Shown here piece after piece: positions 19,054 through 27,762 of a stretch of DNA of 64,000 nt (position 1 is its first letter; every line of letters begins with the position of its first letter). This DNA comes from Planctomycetota bacterium (GTDB lineage: Bacteria > Planctomycetota > UBA1135 > UBA2386). The notes below the pieces were generated by a model, which was not told the origin of the DNA, did no database searches, and saw nothing but the letters and a program-made list of their open reading frames with translations. The DNA lies in assembly GCA_965250175.1 (NCBI GenBank), contig CBDFNI010000010.1:1549637-1613636 (forward strand), written 5' to 3'. Made by a program: the position numbers and the translations under genes.

Positions 19054-19907
19054 TTGCCTTCGCGAGTCGGGGTGCGTTCCTCAGGTCGGTCTGCAGGCTT
19101 TTCTTGCGGCCGCCGCGCCACCTGGGGCTGCCGCCGGTGGAAGGTCAAGATCGCCTCGGTGCCGGGATCGGGACAGGCCTTGGCCACCCACCAATTGGCA
19201 TCCCAGCGCGCATGGGGATGGCGCATGGTGAGCAGATGGTTGGGCGGCTCCATGTAACAGACCGAGATCAGGTTGCCTTCCATGCTGGCAGCAAACACCG
19301 GCGGGTCGCCGCGATAGAAAGCAGCCATGCGACCGCCCAGGAAGATCCACTGGTTGCCGGTCACCGCCTCTTCCCCTTCCCAGTCATAGATCAGGTCCTC
19401 CACCATCATCTGCTGGGCCTGGCCCTGAGCATCTTGCCAGCCGAGGGTCATGAACACAGGCATGCCTTTGGGCGGCACCACGGTGAAGGGTGAAACTCCG
19501 GACTTCAGTTCTTCCATGCTGGGCATGGGGTCCTTATCCACCCGCTGGGCATTCTCGCCCGGCTGCAGACCCAGTGCCAGAAGGCCGGCGTTCAAGAGCT
19601 CCGGTTCCACCTGGGTGATCAAGATAGATTCGTGCTTCTTGCCCTTCTGATGAATCAGCAGGTACTCCACATCGTTGGTGGGACGGTTCACCGCAACGGC
19701 AATGCTGACAGTCTGCGTTCCTGTGTCCAGGTGCACCCCACCCTGGGCCAGCATGGCCATGAGCTTTTCCTGAACCGGTGATACTGGTTGCGCCGGTGCA
19801 ACAGGGTCAGTGGGTGTGACAGGTGCAGGTGGAGTGACCGACGAATCCTGCTGGCAAGAAACCAACATCATCAGCAACACTGCCATGCCGTAGTTCAACA
19901 CTCTCAT
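19050..19907 (-). CDS. Putative lipoprotein; function unknown (possibly YdjY-like, from memory only).
   Basis: MRVLNYGMAVLLMMLVSCQQD carries a lipobox-like LVSC. A Pro/Thr/Val-rich linker follows. The ATG overlaps the upstream stop (ATGA at 19904-19907). Confidence 0.6.
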   Translation of the reverse strand: MRVLNYGMAVLLMMLVSCQQDSSVTPPAPVTPTDPVAPAQPVSPVQEKLMAMLAQGGVHLDTGTQTVSIAVAVNRPTNDVEYLLIHQKGKKHESILITQVEPELLNAGLLALGLQPGENAQRVDKDPMPSMEELKSGVSPFTVVPPKGMPVFMTLGWQDAQGQAQQMMVEDLIYDWEGEEAVTGNQWIFLGGRMAAFYRGDPPVFAASMEGNLISVCYMEPPNHLLTMRHPHARWDANWWVAKACPDPGTEAILTFHRRQPQVARRPQEKPADRPEERTPTREGK

Positions 19908-22552
19908 TTGCCATTCTCCCGCTTTGTCTTGATCTCGATCAAGGTGGCCATGTCCGCTTCCGCCAGGTCCTGCCCTCGCTGCCAGGCCTTTGCAGCCAAG
20001 TCCAGCTTACCTGTCGCAGCCAGGGCCTGGGCATGGCAAATATGCTGGCGGCTGGCCAGGGCAGCCGGGGCATGCTCTTGCAGGGATGGCTCCGGCTCCT
20101 CCAAGAAGGCCCGCACCACAAAGAGCGGCAGGGGCTGCAGGAGCAGGCAACCGGCGGCTTCGCCGTAGAGCTTCGCCGCCTCTGCAAAGCGCCCCTGTGC
20201 TTCCGCCTCCTGCGCCAGCATCAGCTTGGATGGACCAACAAAGACCTGTGACTGGTCCGGTGCCGACAACAGCAAGCGAGCAAGGCCTGGCCCTAGATCC
20301 GACAACAGGTCATGGCGGTGGGCCAAGGCACAGAGAAACAGACCCAGGCGGCGACGGTTGAGGAAGGCTCGCCCGTCGCCAACTTCTGCCGCCACCTCGG
20401 TAAAAATTTCACCGGCATGCAAGCTCTCGTGCCGACGCAGCAGGTTGGCCATGGGCCGCAACAAGAGGTAGTTGCGGCGAGTGGAATTCCAACCATCGGC
20501 CATGCTCAAGGCGACCTCATGCTGCGGGCGCTGCAAAGGTTGCAGGACGAGAATCCGCGCCACCAAATCCAAGGCAGAATCGCTCAACGGCGGTGACATG
20601 CTGCCCACCACCTCGAACCACACCTCCTCTTGCCCAGCATCACCAACTTGTCCCGGCTTGGGCGCAACGGCCAACAACTCGCGCAAGTGGCCATGAAACT
20701 CCTCCGCCTCTGCACCGGTAAGTAATCCCTGCAAGGCCGCCAATCGAAGTTCGGCTTCTTCCTCTGTGGCTTCTTGCCAGATGCGCAGCAGTATTTTCTG
20801 CAGTCGCTGTTCTTTTTGTGGCAACAAGCAGGGCAGGATCTCAATCCGCTGAGCCAGGGAAAGGGCTTTTGCGTGTGCCAGCAGAGGTAGCAGAGCCTCG
20901 TAATCCTCTTGATCAAGCTGCCCCGCCATGGCTTTACCGGCTTCACGAATGACAGCCGGCGTCAAGTTGGGCAACTCCTTCAACAAGGTCTTGCGTGCCG
21001 TGGAAATCTCAAGCCGGAGCAAACCCTGGAGTAATTGCAAACGGTAGACCCGGGGATGATCAGGAGCCGCCTGGTCTATCCCCTGCAGCTCCTTGAGCAG
21101 GGCTTCTGCAAGCCACGGAGTCCGCCTTTTCAGCAAGGCACCCAGACCATAACTTTCCTTTTCCGCCCGGCTCAAGTCCGTCCAGACCTGATGAGCCAGC
21201 AAGGCGGAGCCACCAACCAACATGGCATGCTGCGCCGCGATACGCAGGCTAGGCAGAGGAGATTTCCCCAACTCCAGCAAGTCCGCCTCCAATCCCTGCG
21301 GCACACCTTGCCAGGCCAGGGTTGCGCAGCACTGTGCACTAAATTGTACGGATCGAGCCGCCAACAATTGCTTGTAAGCCGCAACGGGCAACACACCCTT
21401 CGGCAACTTCAACAAGCGCCGCAGCCGCCGCAGGTCGCTCTCTTGGGACAAGACATAGTCCACAAGCTGGGGGCTGTAGACCTTGCCAGCCAACAAGGCC
21501 GAGAAGGCATTGCCTGCCGTCAGCGGATCTCCGCTGCCTAGATAGGCCGCCACCCTGGCAATGCGCTTCGGTGTGTCCAAATATGGCGAGGTGAAGGGCA
21601 ACCAACACTGAGTGACCCGGTCTTCGCCGTCCAAAGCCTGCTGCACATGCTCGCTCAGCAACTCAGCATCTTGTCGATGCAGGAAACGCAAGGCCTCCAA
21701 TGCAAAGCCTGCACCGCGATTATTAATGACCTTCTGCAGCAGAGCCTGTCGACCCTTGGGGCTGATGCGCTGCAGCATGGGCAACCAAATGCTCGCAGGC
21801 ACGGGAGAAGTCACCGCCTCGACAACCAAAGCATCCGCAACTTCCGGCGCAAAACGCTGAGCTGCGCCATGGATACGGTAGACATCACAGCCTTCAGCCA
21901 ACAAGCCCAGCAACTCCACCGCCATTGCCTTATCAATCCACGAACCCGGCAAGGCAGCCATGGCCAACACTCGCTCCTCCTTGCTGAGCAAGTTTTCCTG
22001 CAACAGTCGCTGCAGCCAGGGTGCGGTGGCCTGACGTGGCCGATCGACTAGATAGTCCAACAAGCGACTGCGGGGCTCCGGTTGCTGCAGGACTTTTTCC
22101 GCCACCGACAATGGAAAGGGCGAACGAAAGAACACCATGATGCGGCAGGCCAGATCCTGCAGGGATTCATCTTCGCTGGTCAAGGCCGACAACAGGGTGT
22201 CGTCGTCCAGGACGCCTTCCTGATGCATGAGGTAGACCGCCTGCCAGCGCAGTTCCACAGAGGACTCCATGGCTTGCTGTCGCACCAAGGCTATGGGTTG
22301 GGACACAGGCTTTCCTGCTGGATGCAAGATGGAAGTAGCCGCCGCCACCACGTCGGGGCGAGGGTTTTGCAACAGGGCTTCCAAGGCTTCGCGGGGCGGC
22401 TCCTTGAGCAGACAGAGCTGCCGACGTCCCAACTCCACTTCCACTGGGTCCGCCGACTGCAGCATCGCCAACCATTCTGGCACCTGGCTTTGTTTCTCGC
22501 CTTGTGCAGGCAGATGCATGGCAAGAAGGATGGCTGCCGCCAGAAGTTTCAT
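19904..22552 (-). CDS. Large secreted alpha-helical repeat (HEAT/ARM-like) protein; function unknown.
   Basis: ATG 22552 gives the signal peptide MKLLAAAILLAMHLPAQGEK. The 882 aa are Leu/Ala/Glu/Arg-rich and contain HEAT-like units (e.g. LQSADPVEVELGRRQLCLL..EALEALLQNPRPDVVAAATSIL). The ATG overlaps the upstream stop (ATGA at 22549-22552). Confidence 0.6.
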   Translation of the reverse strand: MKLLAAAILLAMHLPAQGEKQSQVPEWLAMLQSADPVEVELGRRQLCLLKEPPREALEALLQNPRPDVVAAATSILHPAGKPVSQPIALVRQQAMESSVELRWQAVYLMHQEGVLDDDTLLSALTSEDESLQDLACRIMVFFRSPFPLSVAEKVLQQPEPRSRLLDYLVDRPRQATAPWLQRLLQENLLSKEERVLAMAALPGSWIDKAMAVELLGLLAEGCDVYRIHGAAQRFAPEVADALVVEAVTSPVPASIWLPMLQRISPKGRQALLQKVINNRGAGFALEALRFLHRQDAELLSEHVQQALDGEDRVTQCWLPFTSPYLDTPKRIARVAAYLGSGDPLTAGNAFSALLAGKVYSPQLVDYVLSQESDLRRLRRLLKLPKGVLPVAAYKQLLAARSVQFSAQCCATLAWQGVPQGLEADLLELGKSPLPSLRIAAQHAMLVGGSALLAHQVWTDLSRAEKESYGLGALLKRRTPWLAEALLKELQGIDQAAPDHPRVYRLQLLQGLLRLEISTARKTLLKELPNLTPAVIREAGKAMAGQLDQEDYEALLPLLAHAKALSLAQRIEILPCLLPQKEQRLQKILLRIWQEATEEEAELRLAALQGLLTGAEAEEFHGHLRELLAVAPKPGQVGDAGQEEVWFEVVGSMSPPLSDSALDLVARILVLQPLQRPQHEVALSMADGWNSTRRNYLLLRPMANLLRRHESLHAGEIFTEVAAEVGDGRAFLNRRRLGLFLCALAHRHDLLSDLGPGLARLLLSAPDQSQVFVGPSKLMLAQEAEAQGRFAEAAKLYGEAAGCLLLQPLPLFVVRAFLEEPEPSLQEHAPAALASRQHICHAQALAATGKLDLAAKAWQRGQDLAEADMATLIEIKTKRENGK

Positions 22553-23355
22553 ACGCCCATGACCTCGGCAATGGCCAAGGGCAGGTCTTCGGCAGTCAAA
22601 CCAGTCTGTGACAAACGCTGCGCCACCAAATCGCCGGCCTTGCCGTGAATGTTCACTGCCAGACAAGCAGCGTCAAAGGGCTCATAGCCCTGGGCCAACA
22701 GGGCGCCCAGCAGCCCGGCCAACACATCGCCACTGCCACCGGTGGCCATGCCCGGATTGCCGCTGCGGTTCTGGAACAGGCGCTGCCCATCACAGACCAG
22801 GGTGCCCGCACCTTTGAGCACCACTACCTGACCCGAACGCTTGACCAACTCATGCACAGCTGCAGGACGATCGGCCTGCACATCCACTCCCCCCAACAAG
22901 CGGCGAGCTTCGCCTGGATGCGGTGTCAGCACCAGGGGCGCGGTAGATTTGAACGTGCGAGGCAGGGGCGCCAACACATTCAAGGCATCCGCGTCCAAGA
23001 CCATGGGCACGCTGCTTTTCTTCAACAGAGCTGCCACTTGCTTTGCCGTGCTCACCGCCTGCCCCAGACCCGGCCCCACCACCACCGCATCGGGCTGATC
23101 CAAGAAACCTAGGAGGGCTGCGGTTCGCTTCACTGTGGTGGCCGCCGGCACCGCCACGGTGAAGGGCGCCATGAGTGCTTCCGGCAGGCAGGCTCGCACC
23201 AGACCGGCACCGCCGCGCAGGGCGCCGCGAGCTGCCAGGATCGCCGCTCCCAACATGCCGTCACTGCCCGCCAGCAAAGCCACGGTGCCAAAGCTGCCCT
23301 TATGCGCCTGTGGATCACGGCGCTTGAGACGGGGAAGCCTGGTAACGGTGCGCAA
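22549..23355 (-). CDS. nnrD: ADP-dependent NAD(P)H-hydrate dehydratase (YjeF C-terminal / carbohydrate kinase family).
   Basis: Motifs HKGSFGTVALLAGS, PHPGEARRLLG and TGGSGDVLAGLLGALLAQG are present. The track ORF (427 aa) would overlap the asparaginase gene by 475 nt, so I place the start at TTG 23355, 3 nt after the upstream stop. The start remains uncertain. Confidence 0.75.
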   Translation of the reverse strand: MRTVTRLPRLKRRDPQAHKGSFGTVALLAGSDGMLGAAILAARGALRGGAGLVRACLPEALMAPFTVAVPAATTVKRTAALLGFLDQPDAVVVGPGLGQAVSTAKQVAALLKKSSVPMVLDADALNVLAPLPRTFKSTAPLVLTPHPGEARRLLGGVDVQADRPAAVHELVKRSGQVVVLKGAGTLVCDGQRLFQNRSGNPGMATGGSGDVLAGLLGALLAQGYEPFDAACLAVNIHGKAGDLVAQRLSQTGLTAEDLPLAIAEVMGV

Positions 23356-23357
23356 AA

Positions 23358-24407
23358 CTAACTCCCTTCCGGACTTGCCGGCCAGTGCAAAGGCCAGGCG
23401 ATGGGACAGTGTACCCGGCCCAACTGTAGACCCTGGGTATTGTGAATGGGTGGCTCTTGAAAATCGGACAGGCTTTGCGGCACACCACCCTGCCAAAGTC
23501 CCAGACTGTCCAGCAAAGAAACGATGACCGGGAAGTAGCCCCGATCCTGTCCATCCAAGACCTTCACCGCCACGCCGATGTTGCGGCCTGGCAGGCCAAG
23601 GGCATAGACGCCTTCCGCTCCATTCTTGGGGAAGACCCGGCCCGGTGCGGACTGCACCAGGGAAGTGCACAAACGGCCCTTCCCTGCCAGCAACACTGGT
23701 TCTTTCGCCACCGCATTGAGCAAAGTCTCGCATGCCTGTTGACGAACGGGTGCCAGGCCCTTGGGGTTCGTCATTCGGCAAAAGGATCGAGCCAAAGACA
23801 CCAGGGGCATGCGCATGGTGGGTGCACCACAACCGTCCACTCCCAAACCAACATCCGATGCTTGCAGCCCAGCCATTTCCGCCACCGTCGCCCGGATCAA
23901 CTGCTGGCTCTCGCTATCCGCGTGCAGGTAGTCTTCCTTGGCCACCCCCATGTCCTTGGCCAACAACAGGAACCCAGCGTGCTTGCCGGAGCAGTTGTTG
24001 TGCAACTTGTTGGGCATGACACCATTGGCCAGCAAGGCCTGCCGGTCCGGCTTGCCGAAGGGAGCGTGCGGCCCACAGAGCAGATCGTCATCTTCGAAAC
24101 CGCCCTTGGTCAAGATGGACGCCGCCACCCTGGTGTGCTCCGGACTGCCGTTGTGGCTGGCGCACATGAGGGTCAGTTCTTGATCGGTGAAGCCCAGGCG
24201 CTCCGTCACCCCCCGCTCCAAAAGAGGCAGGGCCTGCAAGGCCTTGGTGGAGGAGCGACAAAAAACCAGCTCATCCGCATCACCTAGAGCCAACAGCACT
24301 TTCTCACCTTGCACCACCACCAGGCTGCCCTGATGCCAGGACTCGAGGGAGCCACTGCGACTCACAGTAGCAAGGATTTCGGCGGCAGGTGGTCGTTCGA
24401 CAGTCAT
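23358..24407 (-). CDS. Asparaginase II-like family protein (PF06089-type).
   Basis: From ATG 24407 the protein reads MTVERPP.... Motifs seen are CRSSTKALQALPLL, NNCSGKHAGFL, GVDGCGAP and KNGAEGVYALG. Confidence 0.8.
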   Translation of the reverse strand: MTVERPPAAEILATVSRSGSLESWHQGSLVVVQGEKVLLALGDADELVFCRSSTKALQALPLLERGVTERLGFTDQELTLMCASHNGSPEHTRVAASILTKGGFEDDDLLCGPHAPFGKPDRQALLANGVMPNKLHNNCSGKHAGFLLLAKDMGVAKEDYLHADSESQQLIRATVAEMAGLQASDVGLGVDGCGAPTMRMPLVSLARSFCRMTNPKGLAPVRQQACETLLNAVAKEPVLLAGKGRLCTSLVQSAPGRVFPKNGAEGVYALGLPGRNIGVAVKVLDGQDRGYFPVIVSLLDSLGLWQGGVPQSLSDFQEPPIHNTQGLQLGRVHCPIAWPLHWPASPEGS

Positions 24408-24473
24408 GGCTGAATGCTTTTGTAAGCTCCCAGACCATGGCAACACCAGCATATTTGCTCTAGGCTGCCGCCA

Positions 24474-24878
24474 ATGACCGATTTGGTAGAAGTCGAACTG
24501 CGCCGGGTGGTGATCCAGGAAAAGGATGACCAGCAATATCTGCATCTCTGCGAGAAGGACGGCGAACGAGCATTCCCCATTGTCATCGGCTTCAACGAAG
24601 CCGCGGAAATCAACCGCAAGCTACGCGGCGTGCAGGCCCCCCGCCCCATGACCCACGATCTGATCGCCCTGATCATCCAAAGTCTGGGGGGCGAAATTCT
24701 TCGAGTGGTCATCAGCGAGCTGAAGGACAGCACTTTCTACGCCACCCTGGTTTTGGAGCAGGGAGGCAAGGAAAAGCTCGTTGACTGTCGCCCCTCAGAC
24801 GCCATAGCCTTGGCGGTGCAATCCAAGGTACAGATCTTTGTAGCCAAACAGGTCCTGGACTCGGTGTCCCCGGACTAG
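24474..24878 (+). CDS. Bifunctional nuclease (BFN / DUF151) family protein.
   Basis: 134 aa with motifs FPIVIGFNEAAEI, RPMTHDLI and DCRPSDAIALAV. Confidence 0.8.
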   Translation: MTDLVEVELRRVVIQEKDDQQYLHLCEKDGERAFPIVIGFNEAAEINRKLRGVQAPRPMTHDLIALIIQSLGGEILRVVISELKDSTFYATLVLEQGGKEKLVDCRPSDAIALAVQSKVQIFVAKQVLDSVSPD

Positions 24879-24891
24879 ACGAATTCCCAAC

Positions 24892-24981
24892 GGAGGGATG
24901 GCAGAGTGGCCGAATGCGCTGGTTTTGAAAACCAGTTTACCAGCGATGGTAACGGGGGTTCGAATCCCTCTCCCTCCGCCA
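24892..24981 (+). tRNA. tRNA-Ser, anticodon UGA, with encoded CCA.
   Basis: I folded the cloverleaf by hand. The acceptor is GGAGGGA/TCCCTCC. The anticodon arm is CTGGT-TTTGAAA-ACCAG, giving anticodon TGA. The long variable arm is TTTACCAGCGATGGTAAC, and the T arm is GGGGG-TTCGAAT-CCCTC. The discriminator is G followed by CCA. Total length is 90 nt. Confidence 0.93.
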
Positions 24982-25009
24982 TTTTTCTTACCCATGCGCA
25001 GATGAAATC

Positions 25010-25768
25010 ATGTCCGACAGCTGGCTGAAGAGACAAATGGCTCGGCTGCTGCTGCGGCGTGGCTATGAGATCAAGGAGATCGGCGCCCCGCCGCGGGGAT
25101 TCGAGGCCTTCCTGGAGTATGCCAAAGGCCGTGGTCTGGCGCCGAAAACGGTTTTCGACGTGGGCGTGGGCACTGGCACTCCCTGGCTCTACAACGCTTT
25201 CCCGGCCGCCAAACTGGCGCTCTTTGAACCCTTGACGGCCTTTGCCGCTGAGCTCGAGGCATTGACCGAAAAGCATGGCGCAGACCTGCACCGGGTGGCC
25301 CTGGCCGATCGAGAAGGAGTGGCCGAGTTCAACCATAACGAAGCCTTTCCCACCAGCTCCTCCCTGCACAACATCGACGCGAACTTCGACAGCTACACCA
25401 CCTCCCACACCCAGCATCACAACTTTGTCAAGACAGAGGTCCCGCTCAACACCCTGGACAACCTCAACTCCTACGCGCCGCCCTATCTCCTGAAGATCGA
25501 CGTGGAAGGAGCCGAGTTGGGCGTCCTGCAGGGAGCAAAGAACACCCTCAAGGAAACCGACATGATCATCATGGAGATGTCGGTGGTGCGCAGGCTTGCC
25601 CACGAACCGAGTTTCGCCAAGATGATCGCCTACCTGGACGAATGCGGTTTCGATTTGTTCGACATCCCAAGCCTTTCGCAGATGGGCGCCAACGGCCCCC
25701 TGGTCTACTTGGATGCGGCCTTCGTTCGCAGAGGACACTCGCTCTCGACCCTTGAAGACGCCTCCTGA
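25010..25768 (+). CDS. FkbM-family SAM-dependent methyltransferase.
   Basis: The SAM-binding motif VFDVGVGTGT and the typical FkbM segment LLKIDVEGAELGVLQGA are present. Confidence 0.8.
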   Translation: MSDSWLKRQMARLLLRRGYEIKEIGAPPRGFEAFLEYAKGRGLAPKTVFDVGVGTGTPWLYNAFPAAKLALFEPLTAFAAELEALTEKHGADLHRVALADREGVAEFNHNEAFPTSSSLHNIDANFDSYTTSHTQHHNFVKTEVPLNTLDNLNSYAPPYLLKIDVEGAELGVLQGAKNTLKETDMIIMEMSVVRRLAHEPSFAKMIAYLDECGFDLFDIPSLSQMGANGPLVYLDAAFVRRGHSLSTLEDAS

Positions 25769-25803
25769 CTCTTGCCCCTAGCCACCTTCATCGAGGAACA
25801 AGG

Positions 25804-26901
25804 ATGATCTGGATTCTACGACTCCTGGCATTGGCGGCCCTCGGCCTGAACACCTACCTGTGCTTGTACACCTGGGATGCTGTGGGCGAGTTGGCGGGCT
25901 GCGGCGGCGACTCGGGCTGCGACAAAGTGCTCTCCAGCCACTGGTCTTCGTGCTTTGGCATACCAGTGCTGTGGTTGGCCCTGCCCATGTACGTCTGGCT
26001 GCTGTTGCTCAGCCTGCGCAAGTCACCGCCATGGCGGGCGCTAACCTTCATCACCAGCACCACCGCCGGCGCCGCCCTGTGGTTCACCGCCGTGCAAGCA
26101 TTCGCTCTGCAGGCCTATTGCCAGTACTGCCTGTCCATTCACCTGCTGGGCATGGCCCAGTTCATGGTCGTCCTGGCCATGGCGCCGAAGAAAGAAGGCA
26201 AACCCATGCTCTGGGGCCTGCTCTTTGTCACAGCGCTGGCAGCTGGGCAGCTTTCCTATTCGCCAGACCGCTCTCGCATCATTCAAAGCAGCGGCCTGAG
26301 CATGGACGTTAGCAACTACCCCATCCTGGGTTCAGCGGACGCGCCCCACGTCCTGGTGGAATTCCTCGACTACCACTGCCACTTCTGCACCGCCCTGCAT
26401 CCCAAGCTCATGCAGGCCATGCAACGTTACGGCGATCAGCTTGCTGTAGTGGTGATCCCCATTACCCTGGATACCAATTGCTTCCCGCCTGAGGGCCAGG
26501 CCATCCGACTACCCCAAGTCTGTGATTACGCTCGCCTGGCCTATGCGGTGTGGGAAGCGGAGCCAACGAAGTTCGCCGAATTCCACAACTTCATGAAGAC
26601 CACCCGCAGGCTAAATGCAGCCATGGCCAGAATGAAAGCCGAGGAACTGGTGGGCAAAGCGGCCCTGGAACAGGCCCTGACCAAGGTAAGAGAAGAACAA
26701 CGCCTGCAGCAAAGCCTGGCCTTGCATGGGCAACTGGTAGGCAAACTCATGGAGAAGAGCGGAGGGAACAAGCGAATGATCCCCAAGCTCATCATCAACG
26801 ACGCCACCATCCTGATGGGTCCGCCGCCCAATGCAGAAACCTTGTTCCAGCATCTGGAGACGCAGCTACAGATCAAAGCCGTGGAACAGCAGGACAAGTA
26901 G
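25804..26901 (+). CDS. Vitamin K epoxide reductase (VKOR) domain fused to a DsbA/thioredoxin-like domain.
   Basis: The N-terminal 4-5 TM region has loop cysteines (GCGGDSGCDKV) and a CQYC motif. The C-terminal soluble domain has the CxxC motif DYHCHFC. Confidence 0.8.
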   Translation: MIWILRLLALAALGLNTYLCLYTWDAVGELAGCGGDSGCDKVLSSHWSSCFGIPVLWLALPMYVWLLLLSLRKSPPWRALTFITSTTAGAALWFTAVQAFALQAYCQYCLSIHLLGMAQFMVVLAMAPKKEGKPMLWGLLFVTALAAGQLSYSPDRSRIIQSSGLSMDVSNYPILGSADAPHVLVEFLDYHCHFCTALHPKLMQAMQRYGDQLAVVVIPITLDTNCFPPEGQAIRLPQVCDYARLAYAVWEAEPTKFAEFHNFMKTTRRLNAAMARMKAEELVGKAALEQALTKVREEQRLQQSLALHGQLVGKLMEKSGGNKRMIPKLIINDATILMGPPPNAETLFQHLETQLQIKAVEQQDK

Positions 26902-26919
26902 CAAATAGTGGGCTAAGGC

Positions 26920-27651
26920 CTACCAGGGAATCTTGGTGCCGGTGAAGTCCTTGAAGCAGCCGCTCTCTTCCAGGGTCAAGCCATCCATCACGTGACACAT
27001 GTCCCGCACCGAATCGGCAATGGGCATGGAAGCTTCTGGACCACCCATGTCCGTACGCACCCAGCCAGGATGCAAGACCATGGTGGCCACCCCATGCTTA
27101 CGCAGGCTGAAGGCCAGGTTCTTGCACACCATATTCAAAGCCGTCTTGCTGATGCGATAGGACCAGGAACCCCCACTGCTGTTATCAGCAATGGAACCCA
27201 TGCGCGAAGTGATGTTCACCACCCGCGAGTTCTCACCCTCCGTCAGCAGCGGCAGCAACTGTTCGGTCATCTGCAGGGGAGCAAGAGTGTTTACCTGAAA
27301 CAGCTGACTGATCTCGCGATAATCCAAGTGACCAAATCGATTGCCCGAATCTCCCATGTCCCCGGCATTGTTGACCAACAAGTCCAAGCTCGGCCAGCGC
27401 TTGGCGATGGCGTTGCAAGCCTGGGTGATGGACTTCGGCTTGACCATCTCACAGGGAATCACATGCAGGCGATCCTTGTTCTTGGCCTGCAATTCCTTCA
27501 AGGCAGATGCGGCCTTCGGCTTGCGCACCAAGGCGCATACCTGCGCACCTTGACCCAAGAACCGGCGCACAAACTCCAAACCCAGACCGCGGTTGGCGCC
27601 GCTGACCACCACCCGCATGCCCTCGGGCTGCTCCTGCGAATCCTTGCTCAT
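26920..27651 (-). CDS. Short-chain dehydrogenase/reductase (SDR).
   Basis: The cofactor motif is VVVSGANRGLG, followed by NNAG. The catalytic YxxxK appears as SYRISKTAL. Confidence 0.85.
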   Translation of the reverse strand: MSKDSQEQPEGMRVVVSGANRGLGLEFVRRFLGQGAQVCALVRKPKAASALKELQAKNKDRLHVIPCEMVKPKSITQACNAIAKRWPSLDLLVNNAGDMGDSGNRFGHLDYREISQLFQVNTLAPLQMTEQLLPLLTEGENSRVVNITSRMGSIADNSSGGSWSYRISKTALNMVCKNLAFSLRKHGVATMVLHPGWVRTDMGGPEASMPIADSVRDMCHVMDGLTLEESGCFKDFTGTKIPW

Positions 27652-27762
27652 GTCCAGCTTTCTAGCACTGGAGCGCTGGGAAGGAAGGAGGAAAGCCAGA
27701 TCCTCGCCTCTCTACCACCTCTCTCTATGGCTTCCGCGAGCTGCCAGGGGTAAGACCTCCCG

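Noticed and set aside
23356-23832. N-terminal extensions in the track ORFs. Examples are the dehydratase at 22549..23832, plus 3005-3037, 12073-12189, 22553-22666, 24408-24545, 34891-35007, 37550-37684 and 53842-53901.
   Set aside because: The longest-ORF starts overlap upstream genes or precede obvious signal peptides or conserved N-termini. Internal starts give compact, non-overlapping gene models. The exact starts remain unverified.
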